From the NCBI RefSeq assembly GCF_001194135.2, contig NC_068982.1, positions 121,338,960 to 121,402,959 on the forward strand: a DNA stretch of 64,000 nucleotides. Direction: 5' to 3'. A model generated the notes under the pieces. The model saw nothing but the letters and a program-made list of their open reading frames with translations, ran no database searches and was not told where the DNA came from. Positions 13,568 through 26,320 of this stretch are shown here, piece after piece. Source of the stretch: Octopus bimaculoides (Eukaryota). A program made the translations under genes and the position numbers. Every line of letters starts with the position of its first letter. The stretch's first letter is position 1.

Positions 13568-15142
13568 TACTAGCAGTATAGTCCGGCGTTGCCCGGGATT
13601 AAGCTAGGATTATTAAGTGATCAAGTGCTTTATTTCAAACCAAAATAAGTAACATTGTCATCAGATTTGAACGAAATCCGTTGAAATTGGTTTGGCTGAA
13701 AATAGTTTGCTGGCAATTTCATTGGGAAATCCCATAAGGAATTAGTTTATCGGTTATTTCCACTCATTGACTGTTTTTTTTTTTTTTTTAAGTTACATTA
13801 GAGATCTGCATAGGAAAAGGTTGATCTGAAGGTTTGCATTGGGGATCTGGATTGGAGTAACTTAGGAAAATTTACCAACAGCCTTAACCAAAAAATAAGA
13901 GGCCTGTCCCTTCTAGGTTAACTCTAAGAGCAGCTTAGCCAATCACTGATATCAGCTGAGTGAGCATTGTTGTTGGAGAAGTCAGCATTGTCCAATAAAA
14001 AAAAGAGGAAGAGTCCATAAGTCATGTTGCCATGGTTTGAGAATATGCCCGGCCAATGCTTCCGGATCACTGTTTATAACCACANNNNNNNNNNNNNNNN
14101 NNNNNNNNNNNNNNNNNNNNNNNNNNNNNNNNNNNNNNNNNNNNNNNNNNNNNNNNNNNNNNNNNNNNNNNNNNNNNNNNNNNNNNNNNNNNNNNNNNNN
14201 NNNNNNNNNNNNNNNNNNNNNNNNNNNNNNNNNNNNNNNNNNNNNNNNNNNNNNNNNNNNNNCATTGATCTTTTCACCATCTATTTTTCAATGTATGGGA
14301 AAAATACGGAGATTAAGAATATGGATAAAAAATTTTTTTAAATCTCAGATTTACCATGAAAAACTCCAGCTAAATTTTTAGATAACACTCGCACGATTTT
14401 CACTAAGAAAAAATAAATCGGATTTTTTGCGTGGAATCAACTATGGTGGCCTGCTAATATGCTACAAAACCCTTTTTGTGATCCGAAAAATGGGTTGGGG
14501 TATGGTGGAAGCCTCGGTATGTGTGTGTGTGTGTGAGAGTGAGAGGGGGGAGAAAGATGAACGATTTAAAATAAATAAATGATTTAAAATAAATATATTT
14601 TAATTGTTGTGTGAGAAAGTACATATAATCTCATTAGAAAATAAAGTGTCTTTCAAAAACCTCCTATATTTGAAACTATATCTCATGTTTAAGAAAAACA
14701 AAAGCATTTTACGCTGACACTTACTCTGTCTTCCTTACTCACACCTACCTTTTCTTTTGTTAGACACTTTCTGTCTCTCTCTCCCACTTTTTCTTTACTT
14801 TTTTGTTAGACGCTGGCAAACAATCTCTATCTCTCCCTCACTCCCCCTCTCTCTCACACACACACATACATCAACACACAATTTCTTTCTCTCCCTCACA
14901 TGCATATGCACACTTCCACTTCGCCATGTTAGCAAACTTCAAAATTGCTAAAAGTTATGGTTGAAAATCGATTTTTACAGCTATACACGAGTGCCTCTGA
15001 GAGAAAAAGTTGACGAAAATGCAGATAGAGTTATGACGAATGTCCCCCTAAAATTGGAGCGACATGCGTGCTAATTTGTGGACGTACATAAATTACATTC
15101 ACGTACACACACACACACATCCTGCCTTTTATATATACAGAT
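13568..15142 (+). mobile_element. DINE-1/HINE-like Helitron-family non-autonomous element (spans a gap at 14085-14262)
   Basis: 5' ACTAGCAGTATAGTCCGGCGTTGCCCGG and 3' ..acacacacatcctgccttttatatatacagat. A related terminus gcaacgccgggtacctctgct occurs at about 28060-28082. That both ends belong to one element is assumed across the gap. Confidence 0.55.
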
Positions 15143-15480
15143 TACGGAAAAGGACTGTACCTATGTTTCATTTTAGAATTTCTATGAATGATGGGAGAAA
15201 GAAAGTAAGTTATCTTCTGACAGGAAGAGTTGCTCTGATGATCTTCCACACTATTTCTAGCTACTAAATTACACTTATACAGTTTGGGTTGACTGAAAGC
15301 TATGGTAAATGACTGACACTTACCCAAAGTGATTTGCAGTGGATGAACCTGAAGCTACAAAGTTACAAAGAGAACTTCTTAACCACTACACATCCACAGC
15401 AATATAGATAGTACCCTAGCACCTTCAGCTCACATCTTCATAAACACATGCTAAATCCATTAAACATTTTAAAAGCTATA

Positions 15481-15890
15481 TTTTATCTTTTACTTGTTTC
15501 AGTCATTAGACTGCAGCCATGCTGGGGTACCACCTTGAAGAATTTTAGTCAAACAGATTGACACCAGTTCTTATCTATTTTTAAGCCTGGTACTTATTCT
15601 ATTGGTCTCTTTTGTTGAACCATTAAGTGATAAGGATGTAAACATATCAACTCCGGTTGTCAAGTGGTGGTAGGGGACAAACACACACACACACAAACAT
15701 ATAAATATATATATATATATACATATGATGAGCTTTTTTCAGTTTCCATCTATCAAATCCATTCACAAGGCTTTGGTTGGCTTCAGGCCATAGTAAATGA
15801 CATTTGCCTAAGGTACAACACAGTGGCACTGAACCCAGAGCCATATGGTTGGGAAGCAAACTTCTTACCACACAGCCACGTTTGCACCTA
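15481..15890 (-). mobile_element. Family B SINE
   Basis: ttttacttgtttcagtcatt..catgctggggtaccacc..; head ending ttcttaccacacagcc. Confidence 0.8.
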
Positions 15891-16139
15891 CCACCATATC
15901 TCCTCCATATTTTCTCTTGTTTCCTTAATGATTTATTTTTCTTTCTTAATCAAGTTTTATTCTATATCTTTTGATCTTATGTCCAGCAGAAGTTTTATCA
16001 TGACAAAATTTATAGTATTCCTGATTTCATAGATTTGTTTGCTTTCTCAGTCTCTTTGAAAGAGTAACCATCTGCTGCACATGTTTAATTCTTACACTTT
16101 ATCATTTCTACTAAGCCAGGTGTGTATGTTTGCATATAC

Positions 16140-16420
16140 CTGTATGTTAGTGTGCATGTACAACAGAGTGCTAATGTACTGAGAGAGAAATTATACATAA
16201 GAGGAATCAGATGTAGTCTGCAAGAGAGAAGACTACTGGTTTGGTCATGTTTGCATACATATGTGGACAGCTGCATAAAGAAGTAATGGTCATTTAAAGT
16301 GGATGGAACTTGTGGAAGAGGAAGACCCAGGAAGATAAGTAGAAAGTAGTGAAGGCTGATCTCAAGACACTGAGCCTTAATCGAGAAGATGAGAAAGACA
16401 ATTGGCATTTTGTGCTTTTT
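16140..16420 (+). mobile_element. RTE LINE C-terminal remnant
   Basis: Frameshifted ..LQERRL(x)WFGHV..GTCGRGRPRK..VKADLKTLSL, the typical RTE C-terminal motifs. Confidence 0.6.
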
Positions 16421-17535
16421 GGGGGAAACCTATTCATATTAGCAAATATGAAGTCTGAAAAACATTTTGTTTATACTTGTACTTGTTGGGTGTTGTCTCT
16501 ACACCCATACTACCTTGTCAAGCATTACTAACATCTTACTCACCTCTCCTTGACACATTTTTTGTGCAATCAGTTCCCTCCTTCCTTCCTTCCCTCCCCT
16601 TCCAGCCCTCATTGTCATTATCAACCCTTCCCACATACTATTCATCTCCGCCCCCACAATCCTCCTGCCATGCTTCATCTTAACACCTTGCATATATTCA
16701 GTCATTACCTGTGCCCTCCCTTGTCTTCCACTATACCCAGTCACTATCACTACCCCTTATGTGACTCTACATTTCCCTCCTCACCATTCCTATGCTGTGT
16801 TCAGCATCTCCTACTCCCCGAACTATCTTCCCTGAGCCACTCCTATCTCTCTTCCTACCCACTGTCCATACTAATTTTTTCCCATCAAGCTGCACTTCTG
16901 CTACTGGTCATCACTCACTACATTCACCTCAACCCCAATATCTAACCATTGGTTATTATCCCCTCCTGACCCACTGCCCATATTATCCCTTGCTTCCTGA
17001 GGGTAGCCATGTATATTCTCCATAGCATGACACCTCCATTTGTCCCTACCATAGAATCTCCTCTCCTCCATTCCACCTTCTCAAATTGTCCCTCACTTTG
17101 TCAAAAGGGCTTTTTCTATTGCCTTTATTTTCCTTTTCTAGTTCTCTGTCTTGCAAGTTACTTTGTAGACCTACTAGTGCTAGTGGCATGAGATAAAACA
17201 CCCAGTACACACTGTAAAATGGTTGGTGTTAGGAAGGGAAATCCAGCTATAGAAACCTACCAAACCAAACATAGAGCATGATGCATTTCTGTGGCTCACC
17301 AGATCCTGTCAAACTGTCCGACTCCTGCCAGCATGGAAAAGAGATGTTAATGGATGTTGATGATATATATTTATGAATGTATGAGCACACACATGCACAC
17401 ATGTATATATGTACAGTTATATTTGTGTGTGTGTGTGTATGTATATATATTGTTTGTAGAAAGCATAAATCCAGAGAAGAAGCACACTCTAAGATGTAGA
17501 ACAGTATATATTGGCAATGGGGAAGGCTGGTTTGT

Positions 17536-17596
17536 GGGATTACCTTAGGCTTCCTGTTCATAAAGGGTTTAGCTTTATGGCATATCGTCAGACCCC
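17536..17596 (-). ncRNA. Degenerate type I hammerhead-like motif
   Basis: Minus strand reads GGGGT CTGACGA tatg-CATAAAG-ctaaacc-CTTTATG-aacag GAAG CCTAAG GTA ATCCC. Stems I and II are present, but the core has GAAG instead of GAAA. Confidence 0.4.
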
Positions 17597-19034
17597 AAAA
17601 CCTGTCGGCCTATGACCTCTTCAAAATATGGAGTGTGAAAAGCCTCACTACTCAAGGTAAAAAAAATTTGGGGATTATCTCTCTTCGCTATTGGCTATCA
17701 ACAAATGTAATTTAAGATGATTGACAAAGACTGAATAAATAAAATAGATGGACGAGAAAAAATGGCCTTTCAGCCAAAATGATGAAAATGATGGGTAACA
17801 TCTGGAAGAAATCCAGAATGGATTTAGAAAGACAAATAGCAAGAGAGGAAGGAGATAGATATCAACTGGCTGGCTAAGTGTCTGGTGCAAAAAAGGCAGA
17901 GAAATGGGGAAATTGGTCATGGGTCATGTGTGAACAGTAGATGGGGGGGGGGTAGGAAGGAGGGAGGAATAGAGAGCGTGGCAGATATCCATACACATAC
18001 ACACAATTGTGTGAATATGTGTGTGTATTTATGTGTGTCTATTCACACACATTTTTACACTCTGACATGCACACACACATACACACAATGGGGTTCCATG
18101 CAGTTTCCATCTACTAATCTAACTCACAAGGCTACAGTGAAAGACACTTGTGCAAAGCATCACACAGTTAGATATAACTTTAGTTCAGACACCTGGAGAG
18201 AGAGAGAGAGAGAGAATTCAGTCTTCTGTGTCCTCCATCCATAGAGCTTCAAAACTTCACCTCTTTTATCTCATTGACATTATTTTATTAAAATGGTGGA
18301 GCACTAGTTTGTCTTCTACTTCCCTTGATCTCTGGTCTCTTTATTTGTTTTTAATAGTGAACAATTTATTTATTTATTAACCATTTTACTGGATATTGTG
18401 TATGTGAAAGCTGTGTAGACTGTCCTAAATACTTTCTGGTAGACTTGGTGATATCAATAATCTGTCAATACTACATTGCTGTTTTGTTCATAGGCATGAC
18501 ATAATTCACTGCTAGCTTTAGTCTTTTTAACTGAGTAACTTGGCACCTGAGTTTAGCCATAAAAACACTGACTGAAACATGATGCAAAGGATATTGCTCA
18601 CTTTCTATATTGTATGCTTTGTTTATGTTTGTGTGTCTGTATATCTTTTATCTGATACTTCTTTCAGCCATTGGAACTGCAGATATGTTGAGTCATTGCC
18701 TTGAATGGGTTTTAGTTGAACACATTGACCCCGATATTTAGTTTTTTAAGTCTGTTATTTAGTCTAATAGTTGCTTTTGCTAAACTGCTAGCCAGGGAAT
18801 ATAAATGAGCCAACACCAGTTGTCAAGTGGTGGTGGTGGTAGTGGGGAAAATTCAGACACAAAGACATACACATGTGCACTCACATGTACACACACATAT
18901 ACACATATGAAAGGCTTCCCCATAGTTTCCTACTTTATTCACTCACAATACATTGATCAGTCCAATAGAAGACTCTTGCCCAAGGTGCTGTGCAGTGGAA
19001 CTGAACCGAAAACTATGTGGTTACACGCACGCAT

Positions 19035-19077
<43 letters not shown>

Positions 19078-19309
19078 TACATCATCATCATCTTTTAATG
19101 CTCGTGTTCCATGCTGGCATGGGTTGGACCGTTTGACCAGGGCTGGCAAGCCAGAGAGCTGGGGTTCCAGTTTGATTTGGCTTGGTTTCTATGGCTGAAT
19201 ACCCATCCTAATATTAACCACTTTAAAGTGTGTGTTGGCTGCTTTTAACATGTCACAGGCTTGAACACCTTCATGTGGTGCCGGCACAACTGTTTTTTAC
19301 ATGGAACCG

Positions 19310-19450
19310 GTGGCGTTAGGAAGGGCATCCAGCTGTAGAAACTCTGCCAGATCAGATTGGGGCCTGGTGCAGCCTTCTGGCTTGCCAGTTCTCAGTAAAA
19401 TCGTCCAACCCATGCTAGCATGGAAAGCGGACATTAAACGATGATGATAT
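19310..19450 (+). mobile_element. RTE 3' tail fragment
   Basis: Same 3' end as 826-1497, with a (GAT)n tail. Other copies at 17190-17365 (+), 33535-33686 (-), 38108-38406 (+) and 39655-39876 (+). Confidence 0.75.
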
Positions 19451-20306
19451 ATATTTGGTGTGTGCATATGAATGTATTTTCAAGAGTGTATGGATTGGCA
19501 TTGTTTGAATGACTTTTCAAACCACTGCCAATCTACCACTATAAATACTCTCTTGGCTGGATCAGCACCCATCCACTAACATTACTACATATCACCATTA
19601 CTATCACTATATGCTGCTAATACTGCCACTGCACACTGCAATTACTGGGTCTAAACAATCATGTTTTGAACAACTCTTATTATTGTTCATTATAATACCC
19701 AACACTATTGAAATTGTGAAAGCACTGAATATTACCAAGGATCAAATAAAGCTTTTGGCATTATACCATCCCTTCTCTCAATAACTAACACCACCCCCAT
19801 CATCATCACCACTATTATTATTACCATTTCTCTTCATAGATCAATAACTTTTCTATATAGTTGTTTGTTATATTTTATTTCTATGACAGTTCAGTTATTT
19901 AACTGGTGGTTAAATAACTGAAATAACTAAATGGTGGTTAACATGCTTAATGTAGTAAACTAAAGAAAATATTTAATCAACTAAATTACATCAGTAATCA
20001 TTAGTCATCATGATAAGTTTCAAGAAATGCAGTGAAGACAAATCTGAAATCTGAATTGATTAAAAACTGAATGGGGACATAGAGTGGAGAATGTGTGCAT
20101 GTGAGTGTTTGGTAAGTAGAAGGACAATTCTGGGGATATTTCAGTTTTATTGGACTTCATTAAGGAAGTCTTAAGTGTTGTTATCTTTCACTGATAGATT
20201 TTTCTTTTTATTTCTCACAGCATTTACTATCATCACCTCCACCAGCATGCACCATAACTACATACATCACCCTTACCACTGAAACCACCACTCTCATCAA
20301 TATGTA

Positions 20307-20515
20307 GTGGAGGCGCAATGGCCCGGTGGTTAGGGCAGCGGACTCGCGGTCATAGGTTCGTGGTTTCGATTCCCAGACCGGGCGTTGTGAGTGTTTATTG
20401 AGCTTCGGTAGGGGGTGGTGGCGAACCCTGCTGTACTCTTCCACCACAACTTTCTCNNNNNNNNNNATCGGATCAACTGGAACTCTCGACGTCATAAGCG
20501 ACGGAGTGCCAACAA
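20307..20515 (+). mobile_element. tRNA-head SINE (family G), internally collapsed at a 10-N gap
   Basis: Head gtggaggcgcaatggcccggtggttagggcagcggactcgcgg..ggtttcgattcccagacc with A/B-box-like motifs; 3' end gacggagtgccaacaa. Confidence 0.8.
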
Positions 20516-22319
20516 TGTATGTATGTACCACTAACTTCAAGGAGATTCTACATAAAAGAGTGTAATCATGAAAACTCCTAAAAAGACAGAATGGCCATGG
20601 CTGGAATAACTTCAGCCAAGAGTTTGTTCTATTGGGATTGACCTGGGTTTAAACTGCGTTAGCAACAAGTACCATTACCACCTCCATCATCATCATCATC
20701 ATCATCATCATTATTATCATAATAGGGTACCACAACTACATTCCAGCTCTGCTACCATCATACACTGCCACACACTACCACCTCATGCCACAACTAGACA
20801 GTGTCACCATCCTACACAACCTCCACAACATCACTATTTTATTACTCTATCACTATCACACTAACCCACACATTCAATTTTAATATATATAGGTAACTAT
20901 GCAACTGTTTGTGTGTCATTTTTCTGGGACCACAACTATTTCACTATGGAGGGGCACTACCATCAATTTATTTTCCAATAAAATTAAGGTGGTTAACAAA
21001 ATAAACAATTTTTCTTTTGCCAAAAGCATTCAATTTCTCTATTACTTCCCTCTTTCTTCACTATTTCTTATTTCTACTTTATTGCTCATCTCCTTTTACT
21101 CTCTCCCTCTATCTTTTCAGGGCTCTCCTTCTCTCTCTTTCTCTCTCTTTCTCTCTCCATGTTTTTGCTCTTCTTTGGTTCTCTTTCACTCACTCTGATC
21201 TGTTTTCTCTTTTCACCTTTCTCTCTCTTTACCTCTCTCTTTTCCTCTTGTCTATCTACCACACCCAAAATTTTCAGTATCTTCTTTCATAAATACATGT
21301 TAATTTGTCTTATAGCAAACAGAAATTTAGTATTTTGTGTGTAAATTGGGAAAATTGTGTAGGTGTATATGCAAGGATGCCTGTGTGTGTTTATATGAGT
21401 GTGTCGACACATACACACACACACCAATGTATGCTGAAGCCTGAATTATGATTCTCAGTTGTGGTAAGATTTATCTAAAATAATATATCTGGGATTGGTA
21501 CTTAATTGTTTAGACTACCTGCTTGCCATAAGTCTCCTCACACACAAAAACTACCCTTGTCTCTGTCTGCCAAATACAGAAATAGACTGGACTGTGGAGA
21601 GTACAACATAACGAGAGTGTCACTGTCACCTTATGTAGGTGTATGTGTACAGTCGATATGAGATTCTTTAGAAAAGCTGTTTTCGTGTCACTGATTTGAA
21701 ACTGACTTATTAGACATAGGATGTTTTAATGTATCTCTTATTCTCTCCCCACCTCTCCTTGTGTGTGAGTATATTTCTCATTTTGTTATGAGGAGAGGGA
21801 AAGTGTTTATGTTGATTATGTTCAAGAAATAAACTGTAATTTCTCTCTCTTTCCTACTTTCTCTATCTGCATATATTTCTCTGTATGTGTGTCTATGTAT
21901 GTGTGCTTGCCTTCAGTACCAAAAACCTACTGTCCCCAAAACAGGTTCAGTGTCCACTTGGCCATTCCATATTGCCAGTGTTCAAATAGACACATTCAAT
22001 TGTTTCATTCTATTAATGTCTGAGAGGTTTCTCCCTAGCCCTCATTTTATGTTGTGTCTTAAGACAGAGCTGAATATTTTGCATATGAGTGAATAGTGTA
22101 TGTTTACTTCCAATGCCAAACAATACTGATACCAAAATAGGTTCAGTAGCCAGTCAGCTGTGTCAAATCGCCAGTGTTCAAACAACTGCACCCAATCATT
22201 TCATTCCAGTCTACAATATGGTTCTTGGTTAATAGAAGGTATGTCTGAAACAGTAACTCTGTGGGTTACACCTAATTCATTAAGCTGCCCCTTCATCCTG
22301 AGTGTTCATATATGAAAGA

Positions 22320-22480
22320 CACAGGAGTGGGTGTGTGGTAAGTAGCTTGCTTACCAACCACATGGTTCTGGGTTCAGTCCCACTGCGTGGCACCTTAGGC
22401 AAGTGTCTTCTACTATGGCCTTGGGCCGACCAAAGCTTTGTGAGTGGATTTGGTAGATGGAAACTGAAAGAAGCCCGTCG

Positions 22481-22553
<73 letters not shown>

Positions 22554-22770
22554 ATGTTTGTGTGTCTGTGTTTGTCTGCCCCAACATCGCTTAACAACCG
22601 ATGCTGGTGTATTTACGTCCCTGTAACTTAGCGGTTCAGCAAAAGAGACCGATAGAATAAGTACTAGGCTTACAAAGAATAAGTCCTGAGGTCGATTTGC
22701 TCGACTAAAGGCGGTGCTCCAGCATGGCCGCGGTCAAATGACTGAAACAAGTAAATAAATGAGTAAATGA
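22320..22770 (+). mobile_element. Family B SINE, full length
   Basis: Head tgtgtggtaagtagcttgc..ggttcagtccc, then gcaccttaggcaagtgtc, internal (TA)n/(TG)n, and 3' gactgaaacaagtaaa. Confidence 0.85.
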
Positions 22771-23270
22771 GAAAGAGTATAAAATTTTCTGTGGTTTTTT
22801 GTACCAGTTTTTAATTCATGCAGGACCCTAAAATGTATCTCCTCAAGAACCAGGCATTGAGAACACCTTTTATGTCACTGTCACAGATCTGCCCAGTTTA
22901 GTCTGGCATCTGTACTACTACTGCCAAATCAGAGTTGATTTGAGCTACAGAACAACAATAACAAGAATTGACTTGGAAGCTACTCAACACACCATTAACA
23001 TCACCACTACCACTGCCAATATTTGACTTCTCTTTATTTACTAGCCATCACAACTCTTCAAATCACAGAATTCTATAATGAAGTGTTCCATATTTAGCAC
23101 TGTTCTCTTCCAGCAAAGCTCTTACAGCCATATGCCATTAAAACGAGTCATTTGGTGGATTGAAATCTATTCTTTAATCAAGAATATCAAAATGAAAAGC
23201 TATTTTTGGAAACTTTCTCAAACAATTCTTCAGTATCTCAGCACTAACCACATTATAATGTGTGTGTGTG

Positions 23271-23309
<39 letters not shown>

Positions 23310-23714
23310 ATATATATACATTTGAATGATGATGATTTGAAATAAGTCAGTACATTTCCTGTTGTAATTATAGTCAACTTATTGAAATAAGTCACAAATA
23401 TTCCAATATTTCTCTGAGATTCTAATATACTAGTTTCTTTTGTTGTAAGATTTGTTGAGTGTCGGGGTGGGAAGTGGTAGTGGAATATTTCAGTCCTAGG
23501 AGTTCACTTTAAATGAATGGATCTTCAAATGTGGTGTATTGGTGGTAGTGGTGATGGTGGTAGTAGTTGCTGTAGTAATAGTAGTAGCAGTAGTAATAGC
23601 AGTAGTAGTCATAGTAGTAGCCGTCTTCATTGTAATAGTAGTAGTGTTGGTAATGGTAGTAGTATGTTACACATGTATTGTGCCATGGATACTAGACTAG
23701 ATTATTATTATTAA

Positions 23715-24095
23715 AGTGATGAGCTGGAAGAATCTTTAGCATGCTGGATAAAATGTGTAGTAACATTTCGTCTATCTTTACATTCTGAGTTCAAATTCTG
23801 CCGAGGTCAGCTTTCCCTTTCATCTTTTCGGCATCAATGAAATAAGTACCAGTTAAGCACTAATCAACTAGTTCTCTATGCTAAAATTTCAGGCTTTGTG
23901 CCTGAAAGAGAAAGGATTATTATTATTATTATTATTAGTAGTAGTAGTAGTAGTAGTAGTAAAGTGTCGAGCTGGCAGAGTTGTTAGCATGCGGGGCAAA
24001 ATGCTTAGCAGTATTTTGTCCATCTTTATGTTGAGTTCAAGTTTAATCGAGGTCGACTTTGACTCTCATCCTTTTGGGGTTTTGGCAAAATGTGG
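23715..24095 (+). mobile_element. Two tandem family C SINE copies separated by (ATT)n/(AGT)n
   Basis: gagctggaagaatc.. at 23721 and gagctggcagagttg.. at 23968. Confidence 0.75.
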
Positions 24096-25989
24096 AACTA
24101 GTAGTAGTATTATTACCATTAGTAGTAGTAAATGTGACACATCCTACATGGAATAGTTCAAATGACCATGTAGAAGTAGTAATAATAGTAGCAAGTCATA
24201 AGTACTCATGCATTTGGGAAGGTTTTAAATGTTCTTCTAAATATAATTGTACATCTGAACATTAATTCATTTCCTTCATTTAATATGTTAGATTTGGATG
24301 TAAGAATATGTAGTGTTTCCTCAAGGCATAAGTTACATTTTACTTCCCCTATGTTATATGGTAGTGCACTATTTATTATAGACCATTTAATATCATGCCT
24401 AAAATTCCTCCCTTGTGGCTCCAGATAAATTTACTTAAAGTTTTACTACTATCTATTTCTTTTAAAATGTTCTCTATTCCCAGCTGTGTGGTTTGCTATG
24501 ACAAGGATAGGATGGTGTTAAATTCTCTATCTCTGTAGAATATCAGTCAATCAAATATGGAATAAATTAATATGCATGATTACTGCATTGCAGAATTTTG
24601 TGATTTGCCAATCTAACCGAAACATGCATAAGCTGATTAAATAAAGTATAATTTCATGCTATACTCTGTGACCCTGTACTGAATCTATTCATTGTTTGAA
24701 CTTCAGATTTATGTATTGGATAAGCAGTAGAAAGTAGATTTATGGCCTAGATGGATTACAGTGGCTTTCACTGGACAATTTAGTTAGCCAAGTTTGATCC
24801 CTACTGAATGCTTATAAAGTATTTGCCTGGGTTTTAATTCTTTTTCTCCTTTATAAGTTAAAAAAAACTATCAAGGACAAAAAATATGGATGGGCTGGCC
24901 ACATTGTGCAACCAAAGGACAATGGACACCAAGACAATAGACAAGATCAAAAGGCTGACGATAGACAAGATAAAAAGGAAGAAGAGAGGAATTCTGTATT
25001 TTATATACATTAGTGTTTTAATATGTATTAAAGGATGGTCAGTCATGATTATTAAACCCTACAGGTACAGAGCTGTAAGAATCACAGTATAACAGATACA
25101 CGACAAAGTGTTTTTTAATTAAAAAGAAAAAAATATATTCTGATTTAGTAGGAAAAGCTATACCAGTCTCAGGGCTTCTAAGACTGGCAGAAGGAAAGGA
25201 GAAAATTATTCTCAGATCATAGATGTAGCCTAAATACAACGGAATGAACTCAGAGGAAGGCATCCAAGAATAAGAATAGTTCTTCTGATGGGCTTCCATG
25301 TAGGATTTCATCATTAATATCTATTTTTCCATGTTTACTTGAATCATATGGAATTTGTTGAGGCAGATTTTCTACAACTGGATGCCCTTCCTGTCACCAA
25401 CTCTCACCTGTTTCCAAGCAAGATAATACTTCCCCGTGGCCAGACATGTTTTTTGTGCAAGAGTGGAAAGGAACAACATTACCTGTGTAACAGTGATGCT
25501 CATTTATCATCACCATGATGTCAAGACAAGGGTAGACACAAACATGCAGAGAGAGAGAGAGAGACAGAATTCTCTTCAGTTTCTGACACCAAAGACACTT
25601 GCCCGGGATGCTGCTCAGTAGATTTGAACCTGAAGTTATGTTGTAAAACAAACTTCTTAAGCGAACAGTCATGACAGTGTCCTTTAAGTCTGTTTTATTT
25701 ATTTATCTATTGATGTTTTATTTGTATTTCATTTGTTTATTTATATATTTTGTGAACATTTTTTAAGCGATGTGTTAATGCTTTGTGATCTTTTTATCCA
25801 AAGCCAGCTTTGCTAAGTAGTAGATTTAAATCAATTCATGTTTTTGTTAAGCAGACCTGGTCACTTAAATATATGATCAAAGGTGTCCCACCTGTGACCA
25901 TATCATCCTATTTACTGCTATAGTGTATCTAGAACATTTAATCTAACATGTTCTTACTTATTCAAGAAGGTATCATGAATTGAATATCA

Positions 25990-26320
25990 AAGCACATAGC
26001 TCAGTGGTTAGAGTGTCAGGCTCACAAGTGTGAGGTAGTGAGTTCAGTTCCTGGACTGGGCTGTGTGTTGTGTTCTTGAGCAAGACACTTTATTTCATGT
26101 TGCTCTGGTTCACTCATCTGTAGAAATGAGCTGTGATGTCACTGATGCCAAGCTGCATTGGTCTTTGCTTTTCCTTTGGATAACATCAGTGGCATGGAGG
26201 GGAAGGCTGGTATGCATGGGCAATTGCTGGTCTTCCATAAAACAACCTTGCTCAGACTTGTGTTTTGGAAGGGAAACTGTCTAGGTGCATCCCATGGTCA
26301 TTCATGACCAAAGTGGATCT
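25990..26320 (+). mobile_element. Family D SINE
   Basis: Head agctcagtggttagagtgtcaggctcac..gagttcagttcctgg, body ttgagcaagacactttatttca. Confidence 0.75.

Noticed and set aside
13620-13675. Minus-strand CTGATGA...GAAA in the Helitron-like element
   Set aside because: No pairable stem II or III and no properly placed UH triplet.
20307-20390. tRNA genes at SINE heads (also 41944, 22320, 25990)
   Set aside because: A/B-box-like heads run directly into repeated SINE bodies and do not form complete cloverleaves.
24860-24935. KKYGWAGHIVQPKD, an RTE-like C-terminal scrap
   Set aside because: Too short and isolated to annotate as a feature.
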